Of a stretch of 64,000 nt of DNA, positions 25,870 to 38,679 are shown piece after piece. Position numbers and translations under genes: made by a program. Below the pieces are notes generated by a model. That model was given only the letters and a program-made list of their open reading frames with translations, made no database searches and was not told the origin of the DNA. Positions within the stretch are counted from its first letter, which is position 1, and each line of letters begins with the position of its first letter. Source of the stretch: Octopus sinensis (taxonomy: Eukaryota); NCBI RefSeq assembly GCF_006345805.1, contig NC_043003.1, positions 25,730,001 to 25,794,000 on the forward strand. Reading direction: 5' to 3'.

Positions 25870-26901
25870 ATTTATATATATATATAGTTTGACCCAGCTG
25901 CATAAGAACTAAAGTTTCTCGTGGGAGAGAGGAAGTGTGTGTGTGTGTGTAAGATAGAAAGAAAGAGAGAGAGATCCAGTTTACTCCACACTTCAAGTCA
26001 TGGCATATGAGACACGTGTGCATAAAATAACTGAAACGCCTTGTTTTGAGTAACGTGTCAAAAAATGAACAAAGGGAGAAAACTCTAATATTTTTTCTGT
26101 TCTTTAAATATTTCGTCTTGAAAAGTTTCTCATATTTTATATATATATATAAAATTGAACTATAATAAATGAAAACTGATTAGTTTCTTTCAAGTTTGTA
26201 TATTTCATATAACATTTCTCTCTTAAAACTTTACCGTTTACTTATAGTTATAAATTAAGTACCAGTTACTCACTGGGGTCGATGTTATCGACTTAATACC
26301 TATGTCTGTCCTTGTTTCTCCCCTCTATGTTTAGCCCCTTGTGGGTAATAAAGAAATAGGTAGTTATGAAGTCCAGCAAAGTATTTGGGTGAGCCGGCAG
26401 AATCGTTAGTGCCTCGCACAAAATGCTGAACGGCTTTTTTCTGCGATTCTTTACGTTATAACTAAGTTCAAATATCACCGCGGCTAACTTTGTCTTTCAT
26501 CTTTTCAGTGCATACAGAACCCAAGTACCAATCAAGTACTGCAATCAATAATGTAATTGACAAATAACCCCTTCTACTAAAATTGTTGACTTTGTACCAT
26601 TATATGATACAATCATTAGCTAACTCCGGTCAAGCCTTGATTCAGCCAACTCAAGATATTCATATCATCGCGTCCCCGTTACTTTTTATTTGTGCCAAAT
26701 AAAAATATTTAAGACTACATTGTTCAAGATTGATTTGAAGAAGATTTTACTACTATTTTTTAGCAGATCTCATTTGAATGACTAACCCAGTGGTTCTCAA
26801 CCATTTTTTACCTGTGAAAACCCTTTGATTCCTATTTCACTCAGATAAACCCTTATAGCCATCCGATGTTTAGAAAATCATATTACACTTTTATAATTAA
26901 A

Positions 26902-28193
26902 CTAGCAGTATCGCCCGGCGTTGCTCGGATTTGTAAGGGAAATAACTATATAAGCATTTTTAGAGAGTTGTAGCCAAAAAATAGCAAAAAAAATTATGGT
27001 AATTTTTTTTATAAATCGTTGACTCATCGTAGACATTTTTAGAGAGTTACTTCCCTTATATAATAGCGAAAAAATGCATTAAAATGGAAAAAATGATGCT
27101 AAATTATTTTTTAAATCGTAGACTCATCGTAGACGCGCACTAATACCCAGAAGGGCTCGATATGAATCACGACTATAAGATACCCGCTTTTGGTTACACT
27201 GCACCGCAAAATGTGGGAGTAGTTAGGAATCTAAATCGTAGGAGACAGACACACAACTTGACTTTGGCGAAGTTTCGCATGTCGTAGCTCAGATTTCCGT
27301 CGATTTCCGTAAAAAAACTTTTATTTTTTTACATAAGTAATGAGAGCGAAAGAGACTAAGAGGAAGCATTTTATGACGAGGGAAGTTTGTCTTTGAAGTT
27401 ACCGTCTAGGGGAAGCATTGATGTACATGTGTGTGTGTTGATGGGGTGTGGGAGACAGTATGTTGTGTAAGTGAAGTGCTTCTGTTAGTGTGTGCGAAGA
27501 GACAGAGAGAGTAATGTTGAAAGAGAGAGATAAGATTTTTTACTCGGTGTATGTGTATAGCATGTATGTTGTGTGTGTATGTATCTATGTATGTGTGTGT
27601 GTGTAAGTATGTGTGTGTATGTATGTATGTATGGCCGATTATCGTAATTTTTTACTCGGTGTATGTGTATATGTATGTCTGCATGTATGTGTGTGTGTGT
27701 ATGTATCTGTGTATGTGTGTGTGTGTATGTATGTATGTGTGTATGTATGTATGGTCGATTCAGTGTAATTTTTTACTCGGTGTATGTGTATATGTATGTC
27801 TGCATGTATGTGTGTGTGTGTATGTATCTATGTGTGTGTGTATGTATGTATGTATTATGTGGTGTGTGTATGTATCTATGATGTGTGTGTGTGTGTATGT
27901 ATGTATGTATGGCCGATTCATCGTAATTTTTTACTCGGTGTATGTGTATATGTATGTCTGTCTCTTCGCACACTAACAGAAGCACTTCACTTACACAACA
28001 TACTGTCTGTCTCCCACACCCCATCAAACACACCAGGCCGACTTCAAAGTGAAACCTTCTCGTCGTAAAATCGCTTCCTCTTAGTCTCTTTCGCTCTCAT
28101 ACTTATGTAAAAAAATAAAAGTTTTTTACGGAAATCGACGGAAATCTGTGCTACTACAACCGAAACTATGCCCTTGACTTTTATATATAAAGA
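26902..28193 (-). mobile_element. Non-autonomous Helitron-like element
   Basis: Minus strand A|TCTTTATATATAAAA 5' end and GC-rich CAACGCCGGGCGATACTG-CTAG|T 3' end, inserted between A and T. Confidence 0.75.
27266..28172. mobile_element. Long-TIR foldback/Mutator-like MITE with a 9-bp TSD and an internal minisatellite
   Basis: TIRs over 200 bp starting GGCGAAGTTTCG / GGCATAGTTTCG. TSD CTTGACTTT at 27257-27265 and 28173-28181. Four units of about 120 bp beginning TTTTTACTCGGTGTATGTG. Confidence 0.85.
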
Positions 28194-29574
28194 TATTATT
28201 AGTAAATTTATAAAGAAATTGTTAAAATATTTTGTGAATTGAAGAAGTATCACAAATTTATTGCAGATAAATTTTAACAATAGAATCTTATATGGATCCC
28301 GAAGGGCCATATGAACCCCGGTTGAGAACCTTTCAAAAGAAAGTCAATCAAGCTGAATAAACGAAGAAAATCAGCAATTTCCATTTAAAGAGACAGACAG
28401 GAAAAAAAAAAAAAAAAAAAAACCTTATTAATTTCAAACTTCTCAACATAGATTTTTTAATTTATCTATAGTCTGCATCAACACATAGTTATGTTTTTAT
28501 TGTTTTGTTTTGTCTTATTCTACCCCAAATATTGATTTCAGCTACAAGTTCTCAGACTTCTCATAGAAACGTAAAGTATCAGATTTCTAATACAGGCACA
28601 AGGTTTCACGATTTATATAAGAGAATGGTAAAGGCATTAGCGACACGAGTAAAATAAATAGTTTTACTCTGAATCGAAATTGGGTTTTAAAGCTTTTCCA
28701 TTTCCAACAGAGCAATTGTTCTTTCATTCAACGACACAATAAACAAATTATTTAATTTGTTATTAAGTAGCTTTCACTCAACGGCCTTTTCAAGCAATCA
28801 TTGCGTCTTCGTCGTTCTTTGATACAATCCAATGTATAATATACTCTTTCTCTCTCTCTCCATCCATACATACAGACAGTTCATTATTTTCTATATTTCA
28901 TCCGTAGCATTACAATCCGGTCATCTTCCTCGACTCAATGTAACGCTTCACAAATATTATTTCTATTTTCTGTTTACGATTCATTCAACGGTTTCAAAAA
29001 ATCTGTAAAGACCAATAAATACCTCAAGGAGCCGCTTGATTATTCGAGAAAATGATTCTCACATACAGCGCCTCTACACTCCCACTATATATAAGTTTCT
29101 TTTCTTTTTTTTGATGACTCCATTTATAATTCTGCCAATTAAGGAGAAATATGCCTCATTGAGGAGATCTAAAATACCGAAACGTGTCTCTGCTTTCACT
29201 AGATTCACTCCAATTTACATTGTCTAAATATTTTGATGAACTAATCTTATTGGAGTTACTTTGTTGATTTTTTTTTTCATCTTCTCGAGGGAGATTTTGT
29301 TAACTAATTGCTTGGATAATCTCATAATTTTTAACTCACTCTGTTACTTATTATATGAGACATAGTGTTTTAATTATTCGGGGATAAAATAAATATTAAC
29401 ACCGGTCAACGAAAAAAGCGGTGTCAAATATTTATGTCACCATGTGTTTGTTGACATTTAATCCTTTCCGAAATGGAAAATAAAGCAGCGAGATTTTAGA
29501 AAAGCAAATAGATATTTCACTTTTCAGTTCACCAAAAAAAGAAAGAGCGAGAGAGGGGTAAAAGAAGAGAAATC

Positions 29575-29856
29575 ATGGCAAGGAATGACGACAAGATAAC
29601 TTGTGGGATCTTGCAAGAGTTTGGCACTGCAAACGATGAAACTACAGAAGATGAAAATGTAGATATTCGAGAGATGTTAGAGCTACAATTGGCCGAAGTT
29701 GAAATGCTAAATAGTATGTATCCAGACGAGAACGAATTCAAACTGGAAGAACCAATTGCTGTTCGGAACATTCAAAGTTTTCTAAACGGTAAAATAAAAT
29801 ATGAATATCTTTACAGTCGAATAGGATTTACAGTATATCTACAACCAGCTCCCGAG
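29575..29856 (+). CDS. RWDD2B: RWD domain-containing protein 2B-like, coding exon 1
   Basis: ATG in ATCATGG context. RWD N-terminal motif ELQLAEVEMLNSMYP. Donor GAG|GTAAGA, phase 0. Confidence 0.85.
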
Positions 29857-30887
29857 GTAAGATTTCTGTCTGTCTTTTGGGGAGAGCATGAACCCATTTC
29901 GTTATATTCGTCAGACGTCTGTACATGGTTATGTTTCGTCTCCACCTGCCGGTGGTTACCATACTAACTGTCAATCTTTCCTCCGTAGAATCTCAGCCCT
30001 CTCAAATTCTTTTCACGCCCCCGTTTTCCCTGCGTGTGTTAAAAAAAATTAAGATTTACCGTATCAACTTTCACCTGTTTCTGGATACCAGCGAAGATCA
30101 TGGATTCTGTCCCTTCTTCATAACTATGTATTAAAAAATAACACACTCACAAAAACAACCAACGTGGAAGCTTCTACTGGGTCAATCGACTTGCTAGAAA
30201 TAACAGACAGTTTCCTTAAATCGAAGCCCATCGTCTTGTAAAAGAACGACATACTAAATGATATAGTCCTATAATACATCCTGAAGAAGCGGGATGGTCA
30301 TAACTGAGACGCTTTTCATCATAGCCCTGCTCGACCAAAGCCGATCTAGAGCTAAACAAAAGCAAAGCTAAAGACATTGGCTTCAGTTGAACCTTAATAA
30401 CTCAAATGAAACATGCTTTATCTCATGTTTTTTTAGCAGCTTGCGTGTAAGATATTATTATCATGAATTTTACGCCTGTTTCTCCATGTTTGCATGGAAT
30501 TTGTTGGTGGAAGATTTTCGGTCAAACTAAAGCATTTGACCCGGTCATAAAAACAAAAAAAAAATAGTGTAATAGGTCAGTCCGTGGCCTTTAAACTATC
30601 GTGTTTGACCTGGTCAAACGCTTTAGTTTGACCAGATTTTCTATGTGATCGTATATTTTTCATGTCGCCAGCTCTCACTTGTTTCTAAGCAGGGTATTAT
30701 TTCGCCCTGGTCTTTTTCGAGAAAGACTGGAAATGAAGGACACCACTTGTGTTATGGTGACTCTCGTTTACAACTATTGCACGATGTCAAGACAAGACAC
30801 GAATACATACATACCATTGGTTTCTCTCAGTTTCCATCTACCTAATCCACTCACATGGCCCTAATTGGCCTAGGGCATAGAAATGAC

Positions 30888-31503
30888 AGCTGGTTATGTG
30901 CAGACCCTTCTGAATTTCCAATCGTTATGCATACATTTCCTGCAGCTGTCATGGTTTTAGGGGTTGTCAGCAACGAAGGGCGTGATGCCTCCTTACTTCT
31001 TTCCATAAGGCCTTAGAGTTAACTCTGTTGCCTACATTGAGGTCCTGGAAATAATTGTTAATTCCTAGATAGACAGTCTAATGCAATAGAAGGCCATATG
31101 TGTTTCAGTAAGACTCTGCACTATCACATATGGCTCGCAACACAGGAATGGATGGCTGAAAATTTTCATGATCACATAACCCCTAACATTTGGCGTCCTA
31201 ATTCCCCAGATCTCAAGCCATTGGACTATTTACATGTGGAGCATTGTTGAGAGAGAGGTCAATGAACACGCCCATAACACCAAAGACAGAGTAATGTCCA
31301 AAATGAACCAGGACCACTTGATTTGAGCATGTAGATGATTTAGATCTCATATAGAAGCAGTTGTTGAAATTGAAGGTGGCTTTATTGAAAACATTGGAGA
31401 AAAGGTTTATTTTTATCTTCATAGCATATTTTGATAAAGTTATTATCTATTATTATATATGTTTCTTATAAACATAAATCTGTCCTCATATCTTACGCAC
31501 CCT
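30888..31503 (+). pseudogene. Tc1/mariner maT-type (DD37D-like) transposase 3' fragment
   Basis: Frameshifted peptides VMVLGVVSNEG, F-.DSA.SH, W.PNSPDL.PLDY, ACR.FRS.IEAVVE.EGGFIE; right TIR-like TTACGCACCCT followed by TA. Confidence 0.75.
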
Positions 31504-31516
31504 TTATGTATGTATG

Positions 31517-31551
<35 letters not shown>

Positions 31552-32059
31552 GTATATGATGGATTCTCCTGTCAAAGACGACATATGAGTGTTAAGCTTT
31601 TGCCGAACGACCTACACAAATGATTTGTTTATTGTGACCAGAAAGTTCATGCTGCACATTAGCTCCCTCCCTCCATCAAATCGATGTTGCTTGAACAGGT
31701 GCACTGTGTACCACATGTCAGGTGTTGACATGATCACAGAGCAACACACCACCCGGTCTAGGGATTGAAACCAGGATCTTGCGATAGTGAGTACAACCAC
31801 TAGGTCATATACACACATACATATTCATATATATAATGTATGTGTAGGTATTCATGCCTCTTTATCTTGACATTGTTTGATAGTTGTAAATGAACGTCAG
31901 CATCATACAAATGGTGTTAATTATTTCGAATCATCTGTAAAAACATGTCTAGTCATGGAGAAGACAAGTGAGCGTTGGCAACAGGAAGGGTATCTGGCTG
32001 TAGAAAATCTGTCTCTATGAATTCCATCTGACTCATACAAGCATGGGAAAGTGAACATA

Positions 32060-32625
32060 TTGGCTTGTCTGGAAAGTTTGTGCTGATTTTTAAAGGAAAG
32101 AAAAAGGTCAATAAATACTTGTCATTACATTTTTAATCAACCAAATATGAACCATTTTGTTGCACAATGTGTCTCCATCTTTCCTTTAACTTAAAAATAC
32201 CCGCTTCCCTGAATTGAGGTGGTTTCATGGCAAAGAATTCATCAAGGTATCTTTTTACGTCATCTAAGGAATTGAAATTTTTACCATTAAGACTATTCTG
32301 CAGAAACCTGAGTAAGTGGAAATCCGAAGGAGCAATATCTGGTGAATATGGAGGGTGGGGTAACACATCCCAGCCGAGCTACAGCAATTTTTGTCTGGTT
32401 TACAAAGCATCAAGTGCCAAAAATGAACTTTCTTATCTTCCATTTTAAAGGGTGACAGAATTAACACAGGTTATAGGAACATAAACCTTCTTCCATGAAA
32501 AGATAGTTTAAACTGTGCTCTAAATGGAGGTGTAGTCAAATCCTATTTTATGGACTAAACCATGTTGTAAAATAAGTCGAAAGGTAAGCTACTATAAATT
32601 GGTACAAACTTTCCAGACAACCCAA
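32060..32625 (-). mobile_element. Internally deleted mariner element with both TIRs
   Basis: TIRs TTGG(C/G)TTGTCTGGAAAGTTTGT of about 30 bp, TA TSDs at 32058-32059 and 32626-32627, ORF with the mariner motif HPPYSPDIAPSDFHL. Confidence 0.9.
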
Positions 32626-32870
32626 TATAAAATTATTTAATAAACAGGATCTGGTAAGGTCAGGGGCTGCACCAGGTTCCATAGTCAAACCAAAATAGAC
32701 TCTGGAACCTGGAGCAGCCCCTGGCCTTGCCAGTTCTTGTCAAGTCATACCCATTCCAGCATGGAAAAGGGACATTAAATAAGGATGATAAAGATGAATC
32801 TCTGTCTTTAAATTCTGACTGAAGACTTTGATGATCTGAAGTTGTAGTCCTTATAATTTATGTTATATTT

Positions 32871-33476
32871 TTTTACTTGTTTCAGTCATTTGACTGCAGC
32901 TATGCTGGAGCACCACCTTGAAGGATTTTAGTCAAATGAATCGACCCCAGGACTTATTTTTTAAAGCCTAGTATTTATTTTCAGTCTCTTTTGCCAAACC
33001 ACTAACTTACGGGGACATATACAACCAACATCAGTTGTCAAGCGGTGTTGGTGGGACAAACACAAACACAAAGATACACACACATAGATATATTTATATA
33101 TATATATATGGTGGCAGGTGGCACGTAAAAAGCACCCACTACACTCGCAGAGTGGTTGGCGTTAGGAAGGGCATCCAGCTGTAGAAACACTGCCAGATCA
33201 GACTGGAGCCTGGTGCAGCCCCTGGCTTCCCAGACCCCAGTCAAACCGTCCAACCCGTGCTAGCGCGGAAAACAGACGTTAAACGATGATGATGATGATG
33301 ATATATTTATATGTATATGACAGGTTTCTCTCAGTTTCCATCCACCAAATCCACTCATAGCTTTGGTCGACCCAAGACTATAGAAGATATTTGCTCAAGG
33401 TGCCACATAGTGGGACTGAACCCGGAACCATGTGGTTGGAAAGGAAGCTTCTTACCATACAGCCATGCCTGCACCT
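32871..33476 (-). mobile_element. SINE family A containing an RTE 3'-tail insertion (33111-33300, +)
   Basis: SINE halves flank GGTGGCACGTAAAAAGCACC...GTTAAAC(GAT)n inserted into the internal (TA)n. Confidence 0.85.
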
Positions 33477-34744
33477 ATATAAACTTTTAATATATATTTG
33501 ATAATGTTTTTTTAATTATTTCTTTTATTCTAAAGCATTTTTCTTTATCTTTAAAATAACCTGATGTTATGGGGTTTATGCTGCTATCATAAACACAGTA
33601 CCTTATAGAGGTAAAAGAGAAATGTATATACTCTGTATATCTTCATTTGAAAGTAAATAATTCCAAATGTTTTCAAAGTGGACCATCAGCTCAAATGTTA
33701 GAGACATTTGTTTCTACCCCCATGACTAAAACTGAACTCTAGATATTTAACCACCCCTAGTTCTATGATAAAAACTTCATGTTTTAAAGTGCTTTAAATT
33801 AAACCTTTGTATCCAAATTCCACAGTAATCCATGTTCCAAACTTGAGCTTAATAACAATAAAGTTATTTTTTTAAATTCTTCATTATTTTCAAAATTATT
33901 TGAAGCAAAAGCAGTAAATATGGTAATAAAAGCTTTACATATTTTTTTAAAAACACAGCTAATGTGTGAGCCTCTACTTAGTCACTCAACTTGCTAGAAA
34001 TAGCAACCAGGTTTTCCTCAAATCAAAGCCTGTTGTCTTCTGAACTAAATGCATGGCAGCACACAGGGTCATCACACACAGGATTGCTCATGCTGGGTGG
34101 GATTATCATTGTCCAGTCATAGCTGAATTTAAGTCCTTACTTTTAATGTGGTACCAAAAATTAAAACTTTTGCATCAAGTTGAAATGACTGGCTGTCAGA
34201 GCACCCCTTACGAAAGTCATCTGGTCAATGAAAACTATGTGGAAACCTGTTGCTGACACCAGTTTTGTTATTGTGTAGTAGACTTAATCCATCACCCAGT
34301 TCAAGATCACTGCCTTGTCTTTGGGTGCCTTCAGCAAATATTCAGGCCAACTCTCTGGTCAGAGGATAACTGTCTTTCTCTCACCTGTTATTAAGACCTG
34401 AAAAAAGTCATTGTTCACTGCCCTTTCTCCATTAAAAAGAAATCTATCATCTCACATCACCCTTTCCTTTCCCTCATTTAACTTCTCTTCTCTTCATCCT
34501 TGTTTCTTTCTTCTCTAAGTTGAGTGAGTATTCAGCCTCTAAATAACAGTTGCCTCATCCGTACACCTTGGTTGCTTCAGTTATGTCACTTAATGCGACT
34601 TGGTTGTTTTAAGTTGCCTTAGTTGCTTCAGTTACCCCAGTTGCTGCAGCTTAGTTGTTTAAGTTGCCTCGTTTATTGCCGTTTGGGTGTCCTTTTTCAA
34701 TTGCTTCAGTTACCTTAGTGCAGCTTGGTTACTTCTTACTGGGG

Positions 34745-35142
34745 TAAGAACTTCATTGACCTACCATATTCTGAGCACCTTGTTTCCCTGGGCATGGATT
34801 CACTGAAGCTCCGGCGTCTGGCGACGGACTTGGTAAACACCCACAAAGTTAACAACAACACTGAACACCTTTTTGATCTCCATGTGTCTAACACACGTGG
34901 ACATGCCTACAAAGTCAGAAAACAACACAGCTCCCATGACTTTCAGAAACATTTTTTCACGCTCAGAGTTGCTGAAGCATGGAATAAACTGCTTGCGTCA
35001 GTTGTTGACTGCCATGACACTGCATCCTTTAAGGCCCTCATGCTTTCCGAAATCCGCCGAAACTACACCTGATTATATATACACTTTAGATGAGTTGTAG
35101 TGCACCTGAGCACTGTACACAATATTATTATTATTATTATTT
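34745..35142 (+). mobile_element. CR1-clade LINE 3' fragment with (ATT)n tail
   Basis: SLGMDSLKLRRLATDL...TRGHAYKVRKQ...FFTLRVAEAWNKL matches the CR1 ORF2 C-terminus pattern. Confidence 0.85.
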
Positions 35143-35884
35143 ATTGTAAATTTTGTGCAACTGCTCATTCTGCATAAGGGGGTGATAGTAAAATGATAGC
35201 AAAAGTGGGACAACTAATTGTCCCACTTTACACAACTTGGTTGCTTCAAGTGTCTCCATTTGTGTAGCTTGGTTGCTTCACACTCCAGTTTGTTTAATTC
35301 ATGGGATGCATACAAACCAGCAAAAAGTCTAATGTGTCTATTCATTCTTAATAGGTCCTGACAGATTCGAACGTAAATATCTGAAACACATGTTGTCTTA
35401 AGCGGGGAGGAGCACTTCGATGATAGAAAACAACAGCAATCAGATATACTCATTTAAATCTGTCAAAATGTATTAAAAATGGATACTTATCATCATCATT
35501 GTAAATTATTTCACGCGCTTAACTTGTAAGGGGAAGTAAATCCAAAAAAAGGGGACATAACTCAAAACAAAGCCAGTCACTTGATAGATCTTTTGATAAA
35601 ATGACAAAGCCAGTCATTTGTAAAAATGTCTGCACCGAAATAATTTACTAAAACCCTTATGGGTGAAGTTCAATGACTGAAAGTTGTAAAAAAAAATTTT
35701 TTTTAATTGTGTTTATAAAAGAAAAATATATGATAACAATGATGGATCATAAGGAATAATGATAAATTATTTCAATCTTCTTCACAATACTATCACAGAT
35801 GAGAATAAAAACATCGTATATATTTCATTCAACTGTATATTTCATTCTTGAGTTTTATTTTCTTTTTTGTGTCGTTTATTGCAG

Positions 35885-36559
35885 TGTAACCTTGAAGTCG
35901 TGTGTCACCTGCCTCATGAATATCCAACTGTGAGACCAGAGATTTTTATCCGTTCTCCCAACATGCCTAAAGAAAACTTAAAAGAACTGAAAGATGCTAC
36001 TGACGACTACATGCAGACAATAGAAGCCGGAGACATTTGCATAGGGATAATATTGCAGTGGCTTGAAGAAAATGCTTCGAAGTATATGGGTAAAGTGGAG
36101 GAAAAGCCCAAGATCACAAATGATAGTAAAGTGGATAAGTTGTTTGTTAGACTTTGGATTTACAGTCATCACATCTTTAGCAAATTCAAACGACGTGATC
36201 TTATAGACTGGGGTCAGGAACTGAAACTTTCTGGGTTCAGCATGCCAGGGAAACCAGGTGTGATTTGTGTGGAAGGACACAGTAGCCAAGTGGAAGAATT
36301 TTGGTATCGAGTACGAAGACTGAACTGGAAAAAAATTGCAATCAAAGAGAAAGAAGAAATTGATATGGGTGATGTTGATGTTGAACAATTTTGTAAATTC
36401 TGTGCTTTTGAAGAGAAGGTCTTTGATGCTCGTGCTGGAAAAGGTCGGGAATATCATATGGATCTTGGGAAATTTTATGAGTTTTTGGAGAAAAAAGATC
36501 TGGGATATATCTTCAGCCTATATTTTGGGGTTGAAGGTAAGTCTACATCTGCGAGTTGA
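35885..36559 (+). CDS. RWDD2B: RWD domain-containing protein 2B-like, coding exon 2 (RWD C-terminal half plus DUF1115-type domain)
   Basis: Acceptor TTTATTGCAG|TGT, phase 0. Motifs LPHEYP and RLWIYSHHIFSKFKRRDLIDWGQELKLSGFSMPGKPGVICVEG are typical of RWDD2. Joined length 318 aa. RWDD2A versus RWDD2B orthology not resolved. Confidence 0.9.
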   Translation, partial: CNLEVVCHLPHEYPTVRPEIFIRSPNMPKENLKELKDATDDYMQTIEAGDICIGIILQWLEENASKYMGKVEEKPKITNDSKVDKLFVRLWIYSHHIFSKFKRRDLIDWGQELKLSGFSMPGKPGVICVEGHSSQVEEFWYRVRRLNWKKIAIKEKEEIDMGDVDVEQFCKFCAFEEKVFDARAGKGREYHMDLGKFYEFLEKKDLGYIFSLYFGVEGKSTSAS

Positions 36560-36750
36560 ATATACTGGTGTTTCTATACTGTCATGTGGAGTGAAAGCTT
36601 AAAAAAAAAAATAGTAAAAATAATAATAATATTGGTCCCTGAATGGAATCATACAACTTCTAGTCTGGTTTTCAAAGTGATTATTGAGGATCATGATGAT
36701 ATTTTTTATTTATCTATTAAGACAATTCTTTCAAAATCTATTCTTGATAA

Positions 36751-36756
36751 AATAAA
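36751..36756 (+). promoter_or_regulatory. Candidate polyadenylation signal of the RWDD2B-like gene
   Basis: AATAAA about 190 nt after the stop codon; AT-rich context makes a chance match possible. Confidence 0.35.
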
Positions 36757-38570
36757 TAATTTTGAAAATAAAATCTCCTAGAGATGTCTGTGTTTTAATT
36801 ATCAGCTGCTGTCAGACATTCAGAAATTTATAAGAGACAATAGAGACAATAGAAATTAGTTGTTGTTTAGCTCCAGATCAGGCTTCTTCCCGAATTATTA
36901 CCAAAAGGTATACCAGCCTAAATGTTTTCATTATATTGTTTTTGATAGCCATATCTAGAAATACATAATCTAATCCTTTCCTCAATTTCCTTGGCAGAGT
37001 GTGATTTGAAGAATTTTGGCTGTTATTTCAGGTTGAGCAACCACATACAGTCTCTATTGCTGGCTTGAGAGAGAAAGTAGTTAAATAGATTACGTGCTAG
37101 ACTATTGGCACAAAAAGTCCCATGAAGTTCAAATATTGCCTCAGAGAGTGAACTTTTGATCTTTATTAGAGTGAAGTACAACATATTTGCTCTTTTCCAC
37201 ACCACAGTGGATTCATTTCAATTGTAACTTTGTAAATCAAAGCAATAGATAAAACAAAAATTAAAATTCTTAAGAAATAATGAAATATTTGCAGATATGA
37301 GTGATAAATATGCCTTATGATCAAGTAGCTTGAAGACTGGTAGTCAAAGACCACAAAATGAAATAGGAGTCACTTTCAATTGTGAATTATATTGTTGAAT
37401 TTAGAGTATTATCTAGATACACTCCAGTAGCTCAGCTGTTGGTGACATGTTCAATTCTAATTGTCCCAAGATATACTATTTTGGGGCCAGACATATAACG
37501 TGATAATTCAGATAGATGAGAACCAATGTACCCAAACTTCCTGCAGAACAACAAATGGATATTTTTTTTAAACACCTCTCATTCCTTTTAAGCCTTCTCC
37601 AATTTCCTTTTGCAACTTCTGAGAAGATGGCAATGTAAATGAAATGGAATGGAGAACTTCAAACTAACAAGAGGTACTGAATTAGAAAGGGGTACGTGAG
37701 AATGGTTGATGGGAAATTGTAAAAGTAACTGAAGTCTAATTATTTACACTTAAGTTAGATCAGACAATGGCACTAAATGTTACAGCATGGCCACAATTGA
37801 ATCCTGTAAAAGGATCACACTGTATCTTTGGATTTACTTGTGCCTTATTCATGGCAATCCTCCTTTCAATTATAATAAGATAAACATTGTTTTGTTTATA
37901 GAGAAGACTTTGCAAGTGAGCCGTGTCGACCATTACAAACAAACCCAAGGAATGGAGGGGGACATTGTGGTTTTTCAACCTGCTAGAAATTGTAACCAAA
38001 TCTCCTTCAAAGAAGGAAGGACAGTGGATAATGCAGTCCTAGATACATTATGTCTAAAACGATTAAGGAGAGAGAAACAGAGGTAGTCTTGGCTGAAACA
38101 TCTTTGAATGTAGATTTACTTTGATTACAGCTGACCCAGGGCTAATGACAGCAACAAACTTATAATATTGATGATGGTGTGACATATAAAAGTTTTGCAA
38201 AACTTCAAAACATAATAATAATAATTATTATTATATTTGTCTTTATTAGTTGGTAAAAAAATAAATGGTAATTAAATATGAACAATCCTTTGTATAATTT
38301 TAAAAAGTCATGGATGTTTAATCACGAATTGTTTGAAACAAAAAAAAAAAAATCCATGAATAATGACATAATTCATGAATGACTGACAATTGATTAATCA
38401 ATTATTCCATGGGTATTTATGAAGTAATTCATAATTTGTGACTTAAGGATTCTGAGTAGATGATCCATCAGAGCAAGATTGCTTGGTATCATCTTGACCG
38501 GTATTCACTTCAGAAATGTACAAAGAGACATTAAATTTATGTATTATGCTGATGATTTTATATGTATATT

Positions 38571-38618
<48 letters not shown>

Positions 38619-38679
38619 CAAAAAGAAAATACTTTGAGAACTTGATGATGGAAAGAGTATATTTTTCATCAGACTATGC

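Larger units (their letters stand above)
26788..28334. mobile_element. hAT (Charlie-like) MITE interrupted by a Helitron
   Basis: CAGTGGTTCTCAACC at 26788 and GGTTGAGAACC at 28320-28330; the two halves join to match 21871-22128. Confidence 0.65.

Noticed and set aside
27535-27960. Regularly spaced repeats resembling a CRISPR array
   Set aside because: Spacers are related microsatellites, the context is eukaryotic and there are no cas genes.
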